Assembly (NCBI GenBank): GCA_041690395.1
Contig: JAWLHJ010000003.1
Span: 320,001 to 384,000, forward strand
Source of the DNA: Longimicrobiales bacterium
Lineage (GTDB): Bacteria; Gemmatimonadota; Gemmatimonadetes; Longimicrobiales; Gaopeijiaceae
Reading direction: 5' to 3'
DNA length: 64,000 bases
Positions 29,933 through 39,935 of this stretch are shown here, piece by piece (position 1 is the first letter of the stretch; each line of letters begins with the position of its first letter). A program made the translations under genes and the position numbers. The notes beneath the pieces are model-generated. The model worked only from the letters and a program-made list of their open reading frames with translations. It did not search any database and was not told where the DNA came from.

Positions 29933-30922
29933 ATGCTCCCCGCTCCACCCGCATCTCGCACGAGGCGTATGCGCCTCGCCCGGAGGAGCGCCCTCCCGAC
30001 GCTGCTGCTCGCGGGACTGGCCACGCTGTCGCCCGGTCACGAACTCCAGGCGCAGGACGCGCACCGGGAGATCCTGCGCCAGCACCTCCAGGAGCGCCTC
30101 GAGAACATCGTCTCCGGCTACGAGGGCGTCGCGGGCGTGCACGTCCTGGACCTCACGGACGGCACCCGCTTCGCGGTCCGGGACGACCTCGCGTTCCCCC
30201 AGGCATCCTCCATCAAGATCCCGATCCTGCTCGAGCTCTTCCGCCGCGCGGAGGCGGAGCCGGGCCTGCTCGAGCGTCGGGTGGAGATGACCGACGAGGT
30301 GCGGACGGGCGGCAGCGGTGTGCTCCAGTACCTGACCGACGGCGGCTCGGCGCTCTCCCTAGAGGACTACGCGGTCTACATGATCCTCTACTCGGACAAC
30401 ACGGCCACCAACGTCCTCATCGACGCGCTGGGCATGGACGCGGTGAACGCCCTGTCCGCCTCGCTCGGCGCGACCCGGACGCTCCTCCAACGGAAGATGA
30501 TCCGCCCGGAGGAGTCGGCTCGGGGCAACGAGAACCTGTCCACGCCGAGCGACGCGGCGCGCATCATGGAGCGGATCGCGTCCTGTGACCTACCCATGAG
30601 TGAGGCCTCGTGCGAGCGCGCCCGGGAGATCCTGGAAATTCCCAAGGGTGGCCCGTTCCGGGATCCCGTGCCGAGCTCCGTACCGGTGGCCTGGAAGCCG
30701 GGGGGCATCACGGGCGTGGCCGCGGCGTGGGGCCTCGTGGACCTTCCGGACCGACCGTACGTGCTCGTGGTCATGTCGAGCTACGGAGGGGACGGCGGCG
30801 CGGTGATCCGGGAGATCTCGACGGCCGCCTGGGACTACTTCTCGCGCCTCTCGGGCGTGACCGAGTACGGGACCCGCGTTCCGCTGGAGGTGAAGCGCCG
30901 GATCGGCGGAGGCGGATCGTGA
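29933..30922 (+). CDS. Secreted serine hydrolase, class A beta-lactamase-like fold
   Basis: ASSIK (SxxK), SDN and KPG (KTG-equivalent) motifs; signal peptide; GGAGG RBS. Confidence 0.85.
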   Translation: MLPAPPASRTRRMRLARRSALPTLLLAGLATLSPGHELQAQDAHREILRQHLQERLENIVSGYEGVAGVHVLDLTDGTRFAVRDDLAFPQASSIKIPILLELFRRAEAEPGLLERRVEMTDEVRTGGSGVLQYLTDGGSALSLEDYAVYMILYSDNTATNVLIDALGMDAVNALSASLGATRTLLQRKMIRPEESARGNENLSTPSDAARIMERIASCDLPMSEASCERAREILEIPKGGPFRDPVPSSVPVAWKPGGITGVAAAWGLVDLPDRPYVLVVMSSYGGDGGAVIREISTAAWDYFSRLSGVTEYGTRVPLEVKRRIGGGGS

Positions 30923-31134
30923 GCCTGCGGGGGGCACGCCTCCTGACCGGCGGCTACTTCCTGCTCATGCTGCTCTTCACCACCTGGCCAGGCGCCGTTC
31001 CGTTCGCCCGCATCCGCCCGCTCGTGCTGGGCCTTCCGTTCTCCTTCGCCTGGGTCGCGGGGTGGATTCTGGGGTCGGTCTTCGTGCTGGTCGCGCTGGA
31101 CCGGGTCGAGAAGCGACACAGGACGGACGACTGA
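30919..31134 (+). CDS. Small membrane protein (DUF3311-like SSS accessory subunit)
   Basis: Two TM helices with PLVLGLPFSFAW; overlaps both neighbours and sits directly upstream of an SSS permease. Confidence 0.75.
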   Translation: MSLRGARLLTGGYFLLMLLFTTWPGAVPFARIRPLVLGLPFSFAWVAGWILGSVFVLVALDRVEKRHRTDD

Positions 31135-32621
31135 TGGAGCGCTGGGTCGTCGTCTCGATCATCATCGCGATCTACCTGGGCGTGACCCTCACCATCGGGC
31201 TCCTCGCGGGGCGCCGATCGTCCCACAGCGTGCAGGGCTACGTCGCCGGAGACCGCAGCTTCGGCCTGCTGGTCATGTACTTCGTCACCGGGGCGTCCGT
31301 GTTCAGCGCGTTCGCCTTCCTGGGCGGGCCCGGCTGGGCGTACTCCCGCGGCGCCGCGGCCTTCTACATCCTCGCGTACGGGGCTCTGGGCATGGCCCCC
31401 TTCTACTGGATGGGCCCCCGCATCGCGGCCCTGGGGCGCAAGCACGGATACGTGACCCAGGCGCAGCTCCTCTGCGGCCGCTTCCCTTCCCGTCAGCTCT
31501 CGACCCTGCTGGCGATCCTCAGCCTCATCGCCTTCGTCCCCTATGTCACCCTGCAGATGCGCGGGGCGGGTATCGTCATCGAGGCGGTCACCGACGGGAA
31601 CGTCCCACTGTGGCTGGGCGCGCTGATCGCCTACGGGATCGTGATCACGTACGTGTTGAGCGCGGGCGTGATGGCCGTGGGCTGGACCAACACGTTCCAG
31701 GGGATCTTCATGGTGGTCATCGCCTGGACGCTCGGGCTGTACCTGCCCATCCGCATGTACGGGGGCGTCGGCGAGATGTTCGAGCAGATCGCCGCCGCCC
31801 GGCCCGAGATGCTCACGCCGCCGGGGTTGGACGCCGCGGGCGGGCCCTGGAGCTGGGGCGCCTACTCGTCGTTCATCCTGGTGAGCGCCATCGGGCTCAT
31901 GATGTGGCCGCATCTCTTCATGAAGGCCTTCGCGGCGAAGGACGACGACACCATGCGCCGGACGGTGATCCTCTTCCCCACCTTCCAGCTCTTCCTGATT
32001 CCCGTCTTCCTCATCGGATTCGCGGGCGTGCTCTTCCCGAGGTCACCGACGTCCCCCGACTTCATCCTCCCGTTCATGATCCTGGAGACGAGCCTGCCGG
32101 TCGTCGTGGTCGGCCTCTTCTGCGCGGGGGCGCTGTCGGCGTCGATGTCCACGGGCGACGCACTGCTGCATGCGGCGGCCTCGGTGGTCGTGGAGGACGG
32201 CGTGGGGCCGTGGAAGCGACTCAGCGACCACCAGCAGCGCATGCTGATGCGGCTCCTCGTGCTCCTGGTCGGCGCGGTCGCGTACTGGGCCGCCCTGGAT
32301 CCGGACTCGTCCCTGGTCCTTCTGCTGGCCACGGCGTACGGGGTGATCGCGCAGTTCGCGCCCACCGCGGTGGCGGCGCTCTACTGGCGGCGGGCCACGA
32401 CGCCCGGGGCGTTCGCGGGCCTCGTCGCCGGGACGCTCACGGCCGTGTTCTTCTGGATGAACCCCGAGCTTAAACCCTGGGAGATCCATGAAGGCGTGCT
32501 CGGCGTGCTGGTGCACGTGCCGGTGCTCGTCGCCGTGAGCCTGGCCACCGCGCCGCAGGACGATGCGCACCTGAGACGCTTCTTCCCGACTCCCCGGCCA
32601 CCGCGGCGGGCCGCCGACTAG
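31134..32621 (+). CDS. Sodium:solute symporter family protein
   Basis: Polytopic membrane protein; YVAGDRS, FSAFAFLGGPG, WTNTFQG, ALSASMST. Confidence 0.93.
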   Translation: MERWVVVSIIIAIYLGVTLTIGLLAGRRSSHSVQGYVAGDRSFGLLVMYFVTGASVFSAFAFLGGPGWAYSRGAAAFYILAYGALGMAPFYWMGPRIAALGRKHGYVTQAQLLCGRFPSRQLSTLLAILSLIAFVPYVTLQMRGAGIVIEAVTDGNVPLWLGALIAYGIVITYVLSAGVMAVGWTNTFQGIFMVVIAWTLGLYLPIRMYGGVGEMFEQIAAARPEMLTPPGLDAAGGPWSWGAYSSFILVSAIGLMMWPHLFMKAFAAKDDDTMRRTVILFPTFQLFLIPVFLIGFAGVLFPRSPTSPDFILPFMILETSLPVVVVGLFCAGALSASMSTGDALLHAAASVVVEDGVGPWKRLSDHQQRMLMRLLVLLVGAVAYWAALDPDSSLVLLLATAYGVIAQFAPTAVAALYWRRATTPGAFAGLVAGTLTAVFFWMNPELKPWEIHEGVLGVLVHVPVLVAVSLATAPQDDAHLRRFFPTPRPPRRAAD

Positions 32622-32830
32622 TACACAGGAACGGACGCTCGATGACGTATAGCTCAAGCGACGGCATCGAGGCGTTGAGGGGTCGCAACGGGCCGTGAGC
32701 CGGACTCAGCCGAGCGCCCTCGGGAGATGCTGCAGGGCGACGGTCGCGTTGGCGCGACATTGGGATCGATCGGTGTCGCGCTGCCGCATACATCTGCTGC
32801 TGAGAAGCGCGTCGCGGTCCGACGATCGCG

Positions 32831-32847
32831 TTGGCCCGGCTCTTGCG
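32831..32847 (+). promoter_or_regulatory. Putative sigma-54 promoter
   Basis: TTGGCCCG-gctc-TTGCG, near consensus; palindrome GCGCGACA-N14-TGTCGCGC upstream at 32752-32781. Confidence 0.7.
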
Positions 32848-32971
32848 ATTCCAAGCAGAAACCGAGCCGATCGACCGTTGCCGCGTTCCGGCGACGCCGT
32901 GGACACACGTCGGGCAGTTCCTGGGCGAGAACGCCCGAACCAGAGAGGTGACGAGAGTGAGGAACGAGACC

Positions 32972-33733
32972 ATGCGATCCGCAGCGCATCCGCTGCGTCA
33001 CGCTCAGACGTTCATGCTCCAGAACCTTCGCCGTGCGGCCCACTCCTTCATGGGTGGACCGCTCCGGCAGGCGAGCTTGCGCCGCTCCCTCCTCCGTGCC
33101 GTCGCTGACCCCTCGCGACCGTTGCGTGTGGTCATCGGCGGGGGGTTCAAGCTAGCGCCCCGCGGGTGGCATTTGACGGATGAGCAGATTCTCGACATCA
33201 CACGGCCCGACGCATGGAAGGCGCTGTTCGGAGAACGCTCCCTGGACGCACTCCTGGCCGAGCATGTCTGGGAGCACCTTCCTCCGGATCTCGGGCTGGA
33301 GGCGGCCCGACAATGCCGACGCTTCCTGAAGAAGGGGGGGACCCTGCGCATCGCCGTGCCCGACGGATTGCATCCCCACGACGCATACCGTCAGCACGTC
33401 CGCCCCGGTGGCGTCGGCCCGGGAGCCGCCGACCACAAGGTGCTCCTGACGCACGTGTCGCTGTCCGCCCTTCTGGAGGAAGCAGGCTTCGTCGCCGTTC
33501 CGCTCGAGTATTGGGACGAAGAGGGCCGCTTCCACCACGAGAGTTGGACCGCGGCCGAAGGCGGTGCTATTCGCCGTCGGCCACGCTTTCCGCCGGAAGC
33601 CGGACGCTTCGTGAGGGGACCGGAGTATGCTCAGTTCAACGACGAGAGCATCACTCCCAAACGTCGCCTGACCAGCGCCGTCTGGCCCTACAATTATACC
33701 TCTCTCATCGTGGATGCTCGTAAGGAGGCGTGA
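32972..33733 (+). CDS. SAM-dependent methyltransferase (type 11 / COG4627-like)
   Basis: VIGGG, LDIT, AEHVWEHL, LKKGGTLRIAVPD. Start could be GTG 32948. Confidence 0.8.
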   Translation: MRSAAHPLRHAQTFMLQNLRRAAHSFMGGPLRQASLRRSLLRAVADPSRPLRVVIGGGFKLAPRGWHLTDEQILDITRPDAWKALFGERSLDALLAEHVWEHLPPDLGLEAARQCRRFLKKGGTLRIAVPDGLHPHDAYRQHVRPGGVGPGAADHKVLLTHVSLSALLEEAGFVAVPLEYWDEEGRFHHESWTAAEGGAIRRRPRFPPEAGRFVRGPEYAQFNDESITPKRRLTSAVWPYNYTSLIVDARKEA

Positions 33734-33835
33734 ACGCCGAGGAGGCGGGCCGCTACAGCGAGACCGTGAGGACGTGGACGGCGAGGTGGTGAGCGTCGAG
33801 CGACCGCCGGGACGGTCATGAGCCCGCACCATGGG

Positions 33836-34096
33836 TCAGCCCGGCAGGCCGTGTGCGTCGTATCCGAGGATCTCCTCGGGGGTGCGCGCATCCCGGTCGG
33901 GCAATGCCGCGACGAGGCGCTGAACCTCTGCGACCTCCGCGAGCAGCAGCGTCTCATCCTCGATCTCGTGCCGGGCTTCGGCCCGAACCTGAGGTCGGAG
34001 AGCGTCCGTCACGGCGTCCGTGAGTGTTCTGCCCGAGGCATCGGCCAGGGCTTTGGCGAGGCGATGTGCCTCTTCATTCTAATTATTGAGTGCCAC
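33836..34096 (-). pseudogene. vapB: Rv0623-like VapB antitoxin interrupted by an in-frame TAG at codon 6
   Basis: Hand translation after an AAGGAGG RBS: VALNN*NEEAHRLAKALADASGRTLTDAVTDALR...LPDRDARTPEEILGYDAHGLPG. TAG at 34079-34081. Confidence 0.85.
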
Positions 34097-34118
34097 GCAT
34101 CCTCCTTGGTAGAAACGA

Positions 34119-35219
34119 TCAGGCGTGGTGCTCCTTCGCCACCGCGTCCGCGCCCGCCTCCGACAGGAATCCGGCCTGCACCGCATGATCGGCCATGGTC
34201 CTGGTGTCGTCCGTCAGAATGAGCGCGCTACCGGCCTCTACAAGCTCCCTGGCCAGGTCGCCGATCTCGTTCGCCCGTTTCGTCGACCGGGTCACGTCCC
34301 GGATGTAGACGGCCGCGATGCGGCCCGGGTGCTCACGCACGATCCGGGCATAGACCTCGGGGTCGTGCTGTCCGCTGTCCCCGATGAGGAGCACGGGCAG
34401 GTCCCGGTAGCGGTCCAACATCCCTTCGATGAGATCGCGCTTGTGGTCCTCCGCCCGGCGGGGGAGCGGTCGTTGCAGAGTGAGTCCCCATTCCCGGAGG
34501 AAGAGGACCGGCCCCTCGGGGATCTCCTGGAGACGGAAGAACGTCTCGAGCACCTCGTAGATGCTCCAGGGCGCGCGGGACACGTAGAGCATCGGGTTGA
34601 ACTGCCGGCCGGCCGGACCCTCGTGGAGTCCCCGGTAGAGGGCCGCCACGCCGGGAAAGGCCACGCGGCTCTCCGCGGGCTGGACGAAGAGGCGCCAGAG
34701 CATCTTCAGCTTGTTGGCCACGCCCGTGTGCATGACGGTGTCGTCGATATCGCTGATGACCAGCAGCCGAGCCGCCGGTGGCGGAACGTAGACCATCCCC
34801 TCCGCTGTGGCGGTCTCCCCCCGCCGGCTCGCCTCGAGGTGCACACGGTGCCACCGCTCGTCGGTCTCGAGCCTCTCTTCCGGCCGCAACTCGATGTGGA
34901 AATAGCCATCGCGGTCGGTCGTGAATGAGCGCTCCGCACCCGCCAGACGGGCGGAGACCGTGACGTCGCCCAGCCCGAATCGCGCGAGCCGGCGGAAGAG
35001 ATCGGAGATCTCACGGAATACCGATCCCGGAGCGAGGCCCTCCCCGAAACGCGGCTGCCGGAACACCCGACCCACGAGATAGACCATCTCCGGCGTCCCG
35101 TACCCCCGGTACGGCTGGATCACCACGCCCTTCAGCCCGCGGTCGCGGCGCACGGGCCGGCTGATCACGCGCATCGCGCGCCGGAGCCCGTGGAAGATCC
35201 TCCTGAGGAAGTCGGACAC
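34119..35219 (-). CDS. App1-like phosphatidate phosphatase (DUF2183)
   Basis: ISDIDDTV, YVSRAPW, LIGDSGQHDPEVY, VYIRDV; GAGGAG RBS before GTG. Confidence 0.88.
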   Translation of the reverse strand: MSDFLRRIFHGLRRAMRVISRPVRRDRGLKGVVIQPYRGYGTPEMVYLVGRVFRQPRFGEGLAPGSVFREISDLFRRLARFGLGDVTVSARLAGAERSFTTDRDGYFHIELRPEERLETDERWHRVHLEASRRGETATAEGMVYVPPPAARLLVISDIDDTVMHTGVANKLKMLWRLFVQPAESRVAFPGVAALYRGLHEGPAGRQFNPMLYVSRAPWSIYEVLETFFRLQEIPEGPVLFLREWGLTLQRPLPRRAEDHKRDLIEGMLDRYRDLPVLLIGDSGQHDPEVYARIVREHPGRIAAVYIRDVTRSTKRANEIGDLARELVEAGSALILTDDTRTMADHAVQAGFLSEAGADAVAKEHHA

Positions 35220-35314
35220 GTGCTCTCCTCGCGGGCGGGCCGGCTCGGGTGGTCGGCTGGCAGTCGGGCGCGGGGTCCGGGCCGCGTCGCGACCCGGACC
35301 CACGCGCTCCGCCA

Positions 35315-36310
35315 CTACCCCTTCAGCAGCTCCTCGACGACGCTCCGCTCCTCACGCAGCTCCTCGATGGACGCGTCGATGCGCGTCCGCGCGAAGTCGG
35401 AAAGCTCGAGCCCCTGCACGATCTCGTAATTCCCCTTGCCGTCCGTGCGGACGGGGAAGCTCGAGACGAGTCCCTTCTCGATGCCGTACGAACCGTCGGA
35501 CGGGACCGCCATCGACACCCAATCCCCCTGGGGCGTGGGCGTGCCCGCCAGCCAGTCGCGGACATGGTCCACGAGGGCGCTCGCGGCGGACATCGCCGAC
35601 GACTGGCCGCGCGCCTCGATGATGGCCGCGCCCCGCTTCTGCACGGCCCGGATGAAGTCGCCCTCGAGCCATTCACGGGCGTCGAGGACCTCTGCCGCCG
35701 GCTTGCCGTCGATGCGCGCGTTCTCGAAGTCCGGATACTGCGTCGCGCTGTGGTTCCCCCAGATGCCCACGTTGGTCACCCGGGACACCCCGACGCCGGC
35801 CCGCTCGGCCAGCTGCGCGGCCGCGCGGTTCTGGTCGAGCCGCGTCATCGCCGTGAAGCGCTCCGCGGGAAGGCCCTTGGCGTTCGAGAGCGCGATGAGC
35901 GCGTTCGTGTTCGCCGGGTTGCCGACCACGGCGACCCGCACCGAGTCGTCCGCGACGTCCGCGAGCGCCTCACCCTGCCCCACGAAGATCGGTCCGTTCT
36001 CGCGAATGAGATCGCCTCGCTCCATCCCCTTGCCCCTGGGCTTGGCCCCGACCAGCAGCGCCACGTGGGCTCCAGCGAAGCCCTTACGCGGATCGTCGGC
36101 GAGCTCGACGTCGCGGAGGAGCGGGAACGCGCAGTCGTCCAGCTCCATGGCGACCCCGCGCAGGGCGTCCATCTGACCCGGAATCTCGACCAGCTGGAGG
36201 ATGACCTCCTGGTCGGCCCCGAGCATGTCCCCGGAAGCGATCCGAGGTAGCAGGGCGTATCCGATCTGGCCCGCGGCCCCGGTGACGGCGACTCGCATCG
36301 GCTCTTTCAA
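35315..36310 (-). CDS. mdh: Malate dehydrogenase (dimeric type)
   Basis: [46 protein letters not shown]. Confidence 0.97.
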   Translation of the reverse strand: MKEPMRVAVTGAAGQIGYALLPRIASGDMLGADQEVILQLVEIPGQMDALRGVAMELDDCAFPLLRDVELADDPRKGFAGAHVALLVGAKPRGKGMERGDLIRENGPIFVGQGEALADVADDSVRVAVVGNPANTNALIALSNAKGLPAERFTAMTRLDQNRAAAQLAERAGVGVSRVTNVGIWGNHSATQYPDFENARIDGKPAAEVLDAREWLEGDFIRAVQKRGAAIIEARGQSSAMSAASALVDHVRDWLAGTPTPQGDWVSMAVPSDGSYGIEKGLVSSFPVRTDGKGNYEIVQGLELSDFARTRIDASIEELREERSVVEELLKG

Positions 36311-36416
36311 CGTTGGTGCTCCTGATCTGTGGTTGCGTTGCCCGGACGCGGGCCACGAACGGCGCGCGCCGGATGCTCAGGACACGACCCCCGAGAGGCG
36401 GTAGTGTTTCGTCGAC

Positions 36417-37034
36417 TCAGTCACGGGGATCTTCCCGCAGCGGAATGCTTTGCTCCTGGGACGGACCGATGGTCCCGGGGTCCAAACGAGCCACGGTGCT
36501 CGCCTGGGGCCCCTTGTCTCCTTCGGCCTCGGCGTAACGCACTTCCGCTCCCACATCGAGGTCGTCGTAGTCGACGTCGACCAGCGCCCCTTCCTGAAAG
36601 TAGATGTGACGACCGTCGCGCGATTCCAGGAAGCCATAGCGGACGCCCGTTGGATCCGTGAGCAGCCGTACGACCCGCCCGTGGGGCGGAAGATCGTGCG
36701 ATTTCACCGCACCCTGTTGGCGATCCTTCTCCTTTTGGAGAAGCCTCCGGCCGATCTTGAACGCGTCGCTGATGGTCTGGTCGACGGCCCTGGGCTCGCC
36801 ATCGGTCGGCGCCGTCTCGTCCACGACGACGGTCTTACCGGGAATGCCGATGTCCAGCCTCGCCCGGTAGCTGTTGCCGCTCTGCCGCGACGGCGTGGTG
36901 TCGGATACCATGACGCGGCAGGAGACGAGTCGTGGATAGACCTCCTCGAGGTCGTCGATGCCGGTGAGAATGAGCTCCTTGAGCGTGTCTGCCGGTTCCA
37001 TGCCTCGGAAGGCGATCTCCGGTGGTACATCCAT
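36417..37034 (-). CDS. HPF/RaiA-like domain fused to a cold-shock-like domain
   Basis: EIAFRGME...VSCRV...DIGIPG, then PHGRVVRL..YGFL..DGRHIYF..EGDKGPQAS; GAGGAGG RBS. Confidence 0.85.
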   Translation of the reverse strand: MDVPPEIAFRGMEPADTLKELILTGIDDLEEVYPRLVSCRVMVSDTTPSRQSGNSYRARLDIGIPGKTVVVDETAPTDGEPRAVDQTISDAFKIGRRLLQKEKDRQQGAVKSHDLPPHGRVVRLLTDPTGVRYGFLESRDGRHIYFQEGALVDVDYDDLDVGAEVRYAEAEGDKGPQASTVARLDPGTIGPSQEQSIPLREDPRD

Positions 37035-37048
37035 GCTGTTCCTCCTCT

Positions 37049-37870
37049 TCATCCAAGCGCTACGTCGAGAATCATCATGACGATGAAACCCCCGAGCGCG
37101 CTCATGGTGGCCAGGTCGGTGTATCCTTCCTGCTGCGATCCCGGGATCAACTCCTCGATGACGACGTAGAGCATGGCGCCCGCGGCGAACGCGAGCGCGT
37201 AGGGCAAGATGGGCTCGATCATGAGCACCGCGGCCGCCCCGACGACCGCCGAGATGGGCTCCACGATGCCCGACAGCTGACCGTACCAGAAGGACCTGCC
37301 ACGTGAGAGCCCTGCCGCTCTCAGGGGCATGGCGACCGCCACGCCCTCGGGGAAGTTCTGGAGCCCGATGCCCAAGGCCAGCGCGATAGCGGCGTTGAAC
37401 TGTGTCGCACCTTCCGCGAGGGCGGTCGCCGCGCCCCCGAAGACGACACCGACGGCGAGGCCTTCCGGAATGTTGTGCAGGGTGATCGCGAGGACCAGCA
37501 GGGTGGAGCGGCGTAGCTCCGTCTTCGGGCCCTCGCTGTCCTCGATCGGCCTACCGGGATGCAAGTGGGGGACGAATCGGTCCGCGATGCGAAGGAACAC
37601 GCCCCCCATCACGATCCCGATGGCAGCCGGGACCCAGCCGGGAAGTCCCCCTTGTGCCTCCGCGATCTCGATGGCCGGGACGAGCAGCGACCAGAAGCTC
37701 GCGGCGATCATGACGCCGGCCGCGAAGCCGAGCATGGCGGTGAGCAGCGCCCGGTTCACGGTACGCGTGAACAGACACACCGTGGCTCCCAGGGCAGTCA
37801 CGCCCCAGGTGAACAGCCCCGCCAACCCCGCCTGGTAGACCGGGTCGAGGCTCTGGAGCCACGCCGTCAT
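37049..37870 (-). CDS. ZIP family metal transporter (GufA/ZupT-like)
   Basis: [48 protein letters not shown]. Confidence 0.93.
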   Translation of the reverse strand: MTAWLQSLDPVYQAGLAGLFTWGVTALGATVCLFTRTVNRALLTAMLGFAAGVMIAASFWSLLVPAIEIAEAQGGLPGWVPAAIGIVMGGVFLRIADRFVPHLHPGRPIEDSEGPKTELRRSTLLVLAITLHNIPEGLAVGVVFGGAATALAEGATQFNAAIALALGIGLQNFPEGVAVAMPLRAAGLSRGRSFWYGQLSGIVEPISAVVGAAAVLMIEPILPYALAFAAGAMLYVVIEELIPGSQQEGYTDLATMSALGGFIVMMILDVALG

Positions 37871-37872
37871 AC

Positions 37873-38364
37873 CTACTCCTCCAGCACGACCCGTTCCGCG
37901 CCCGCGTCGTCCAGAATCCGGCGCGCCAGATCCGCGAGCTCGTCGCTCCGCACCTCGACCACCGCGCTGCCGCCGTCCAGGTCCACATCGCCGAGCTCGT
38001 CCTTCTTCCTCCAGCGCCCCATCCAGATCACGGCTCCGAGCGGAACGCCACCGACCATCCCGATGAGAGCGCCGCGCAGGACCCACGACAGACCGACCAC
38101 CGACCACAGCTCGGACCAGCCGACGTAGACGCCGATCGCGACGATCGCCGCGGCGAAGCCCAGTCCGGCACCCGCGCCCGCGCCCACCAGGGCTCCATGG
38201 AGGACACCCGACTCGTCCTCCACGGGAACGACCCGTTTCGGCTCGCCCTCGGCGTCCATCAGCGTGACGGTAATCTGGTCCGTCGGGACGCTCTTCCCGA
38301 CGAGTCGCTCCACCGCGCGGGTAACCCGCTTCCGGTCGTGGAACACACCGCTCACCTTCATCAT
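37873..38364 (-). CDS. Hypothetical membrane protein with glycine-zipper TM segments
   Basis: VSGVF...AVERL N-terminus, [14 protein letters not shown]-terminal [10 protein letters not shown]; compact co-directional packing. Confidence 0.65.
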   Translation of the reverse strand: MMKVSGVFHDRKRVTRAVERLVGKSVPTDQITVTLMDAEGEPKRVVPVEDESGVLHGALVGAGAGAGLGFAAAIVAIGVYVGWSELWSVVGLSWVLRGALIGMVGGVPLGAVIWMGRWRKKDELGDVDLDGGSAVVEVRSDELADLARRILDDAGAERVVLEE

Positions 38365-38409
38365 GGTCGTCACCCCGTCTCTGTCATGAGTGCCCCGGAA
38401 GAATAGCAT

Positions 38410-38426
38410 CGCAACAACCACGCCAA
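38410..38426 (-). promoter_or_regulatory. Putative sigma-54 promoter
   Basis: Minus strand TTGGCGTG-gttg-TTGCG, about 45 bp upstream of ATG 38364. Confidence 0.65.
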
Positions 38427-38440
38427 CGCTGGCTCGCCCC

Positions 38441-38887
38441 TCAGGCGGTCTCCTCTTGCCGTGCGTCATCGGTCTTCAAACGCGCGACGTAGCGTAGGGT
38501 CACGAAATTGATGAGCGACGCCACGATCGCGACCTCGTAACGCCGGAAAGCGACCGCCACTCCGATGAGCCCGGTGTTCCAGATGCTGGCCGCGGTAGCC
38601 GTGCCCATGACGCTCCCCTTGCTCTTGAGGATGGCACCTCCGCCGATGAAGCCGATGCCCGTGATGAGGCCCTGGAGCACGCGAGCCTCCGCGTCCGTCG
38701 TGTCGAGGACGGAGATCCCGACCAGCGTATAGCCGCAAGCCGCGACCGCCACGAGCGGGAAGGTCCGCAGTCCCGCGCTACGGCTCTCGAGCTCACGGTC
38801 CCACGCCACGGGCAGGGTCAGGACCCATGCGATCAGCAGTTGGACGAGCTGGACCCACGCCTGCGCCCAAGAGATGCCGATATCCAT
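38441..38887 (-). CDS. MgtC/SapB family membrane protein
   Basis: DRE...AGLRTFPLV, GIGFIGGGAIL, TAASIW. Confidence 0.92.
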   Translation of the reverse strand: MDIGISWAQAWVQLVQLLIAWVLTLPVAWDRELESRSAGLRTFPLVAVAACGYTLVGISVLDTTDAEARVLQGLITGIGFIGGGAILKSKGSVMGTATAASIWNTGLIGVAVAFRRYEVAIVASLINFVTLRYVARLKTDDARQEETA

Positions 38888-38897
38888 CAGCCGCCCC

Positions 38898-39347
38898 TCA
38901 CTCGAAGATGTAGGCGATCACCTCGGCCGCCTGATCGAGCGTCTCGACCGTGACGGCGGCGAACGCGTCGAGATCCTTCAGGGCATGCGTGTGCTCTGCG
39001 TCGCGCACGAGGATCACCGGGATGTCGGCAGCGGCCGCAGCGCCGGCGTCGGCCGCGGTGTTCCACTGCTTGTACTTGGGTCCGAAATACGCCACGCACA
39101 GGTCGGCCCGGGCCATCTGGACCCGACGGCGGAGGTTGTTGACCTGCCCGCCGACGAGATCACGGTACCGAGCACTCGGCTGTTCGCCGAGCACGTCCTC
39201 TCCGACATCATCACTCCGGTCGTGCACCTCCTGCGGGCCGACCCAGCTGATCTCGGCGTCCAGATGTTTCGCCCCCACAAGCCGGCGCAGTTCCTCCCGC
39301 CACGGGGCGTGGATCTCTCCGGCGAGATAGATCGTCAGGTCGTTCAT
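38898..39347 (-). CDS. YtoQ family protein
   Basis: IYLAGEIH..WRE, HDRSDD, FGPKYKQWN.AADAG, HALKD; AGGAGG RBS. Confidence 0.85.
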   Translation of the reverse strand: MNDLTIYLAGEIHAPWREELRRLVGAKHLDAEISWVGPQEVHDRSDDVGEDVLGEQPSARYRDLVGGQVNNLRRRVQMARADLCVAYFGPKYKQWNTAADAGAAAAADIPVILVRDAEHTHALKDLDAFAAVTVETLDQAAEVIAYIFE

Positions 39348-39576
39348 GGATGCCTCCTGTCTGGTCTCCAACGGTCCGAATGACGAAAGGACGGATGACG
39401 AGGCGACGCAAGCCGCATGGGTCATGGCGTGGTAGTTTCCCTTCGACCGTTCCGACCTGTCCGCCCGCATCGCCCGGGAGCGTTCCCATGGTCCAGCATC
39501 TCAGCGGCTCGCCATCCACCCTCCCCCGGCCAGCAGCCATCACGGGCTCCGCCCCACTCGCACCGGAGGGCGCCTG

Positions 39577-39924
39577 ATGGCCTGGGTGGAGCCGATCGCC
39601 CATGTGCTCGAGGGCGCAGGCGTGGTGATCATCGTCATCGGCGCCATCGTGTCGATGGGGATCTTCGCCGTCGCGGCGATCCGTGAGCAGCAGTTCGAGC
39701 TGATATTCAACCGGTTCCGGGCGAATCTAGGACGGGCCATCCTCCTCGGGTTGGAGTTCCTGATCGCCGGCGACATCATCGCGACCATACTGGTCGAGCC
39801 GACTCTGGAAAGCGTCGGTTCACTCGGACTCATCGTCCTCATCCGGACCTTCCTCAGCTTCTCGCTCGAGGCGGAGATCGAGGGCCAGCTCCCCTGGCGG
39901 CGGCACGAGAAGCGCACGTCCTGA
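39577..39924 (+). CDS. DUF1622 membrane protein
   Basis: LGRAILLGLEFLIAGDII, IVLIRTFLSFSLE.EIEG.LPW. Confidence 0.88.
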   Translation: MAWVEPIAHVLEGAGVVIIVIGAIVSMGIFAVAAIREQQFELIFNRFRANLGRAILLGLEFLIAGDIIATILVEPTLESVGSLGLIVLIRTFLSFSLEAEIEGQLPWRRHEKRTS

Positions 39925-39935
39925 CCCGGTGACGG

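Noticed and set aside
29933..30922. Antibiotic-resistance beta-lactamase
   Set aside because: Lacks a recognisable omega-loop ExxLN and canonical KTG; the context is a catabolic/transport operon.
34079..34081. Pyrrolysine or recoded amber codon in vapB
   Set aside because: TAG is used as a normal stop throughout the window (e.g. 5850, 20460, 27560, 29880), no pyl genes are seen, and the adjacent codon is also mutated.
39427..39441. Sigma-54-like TGGCGTG-gtag-TTTC upstream of DUF1622
   Set aside because: Lacks the -12 GC dinucleotide.
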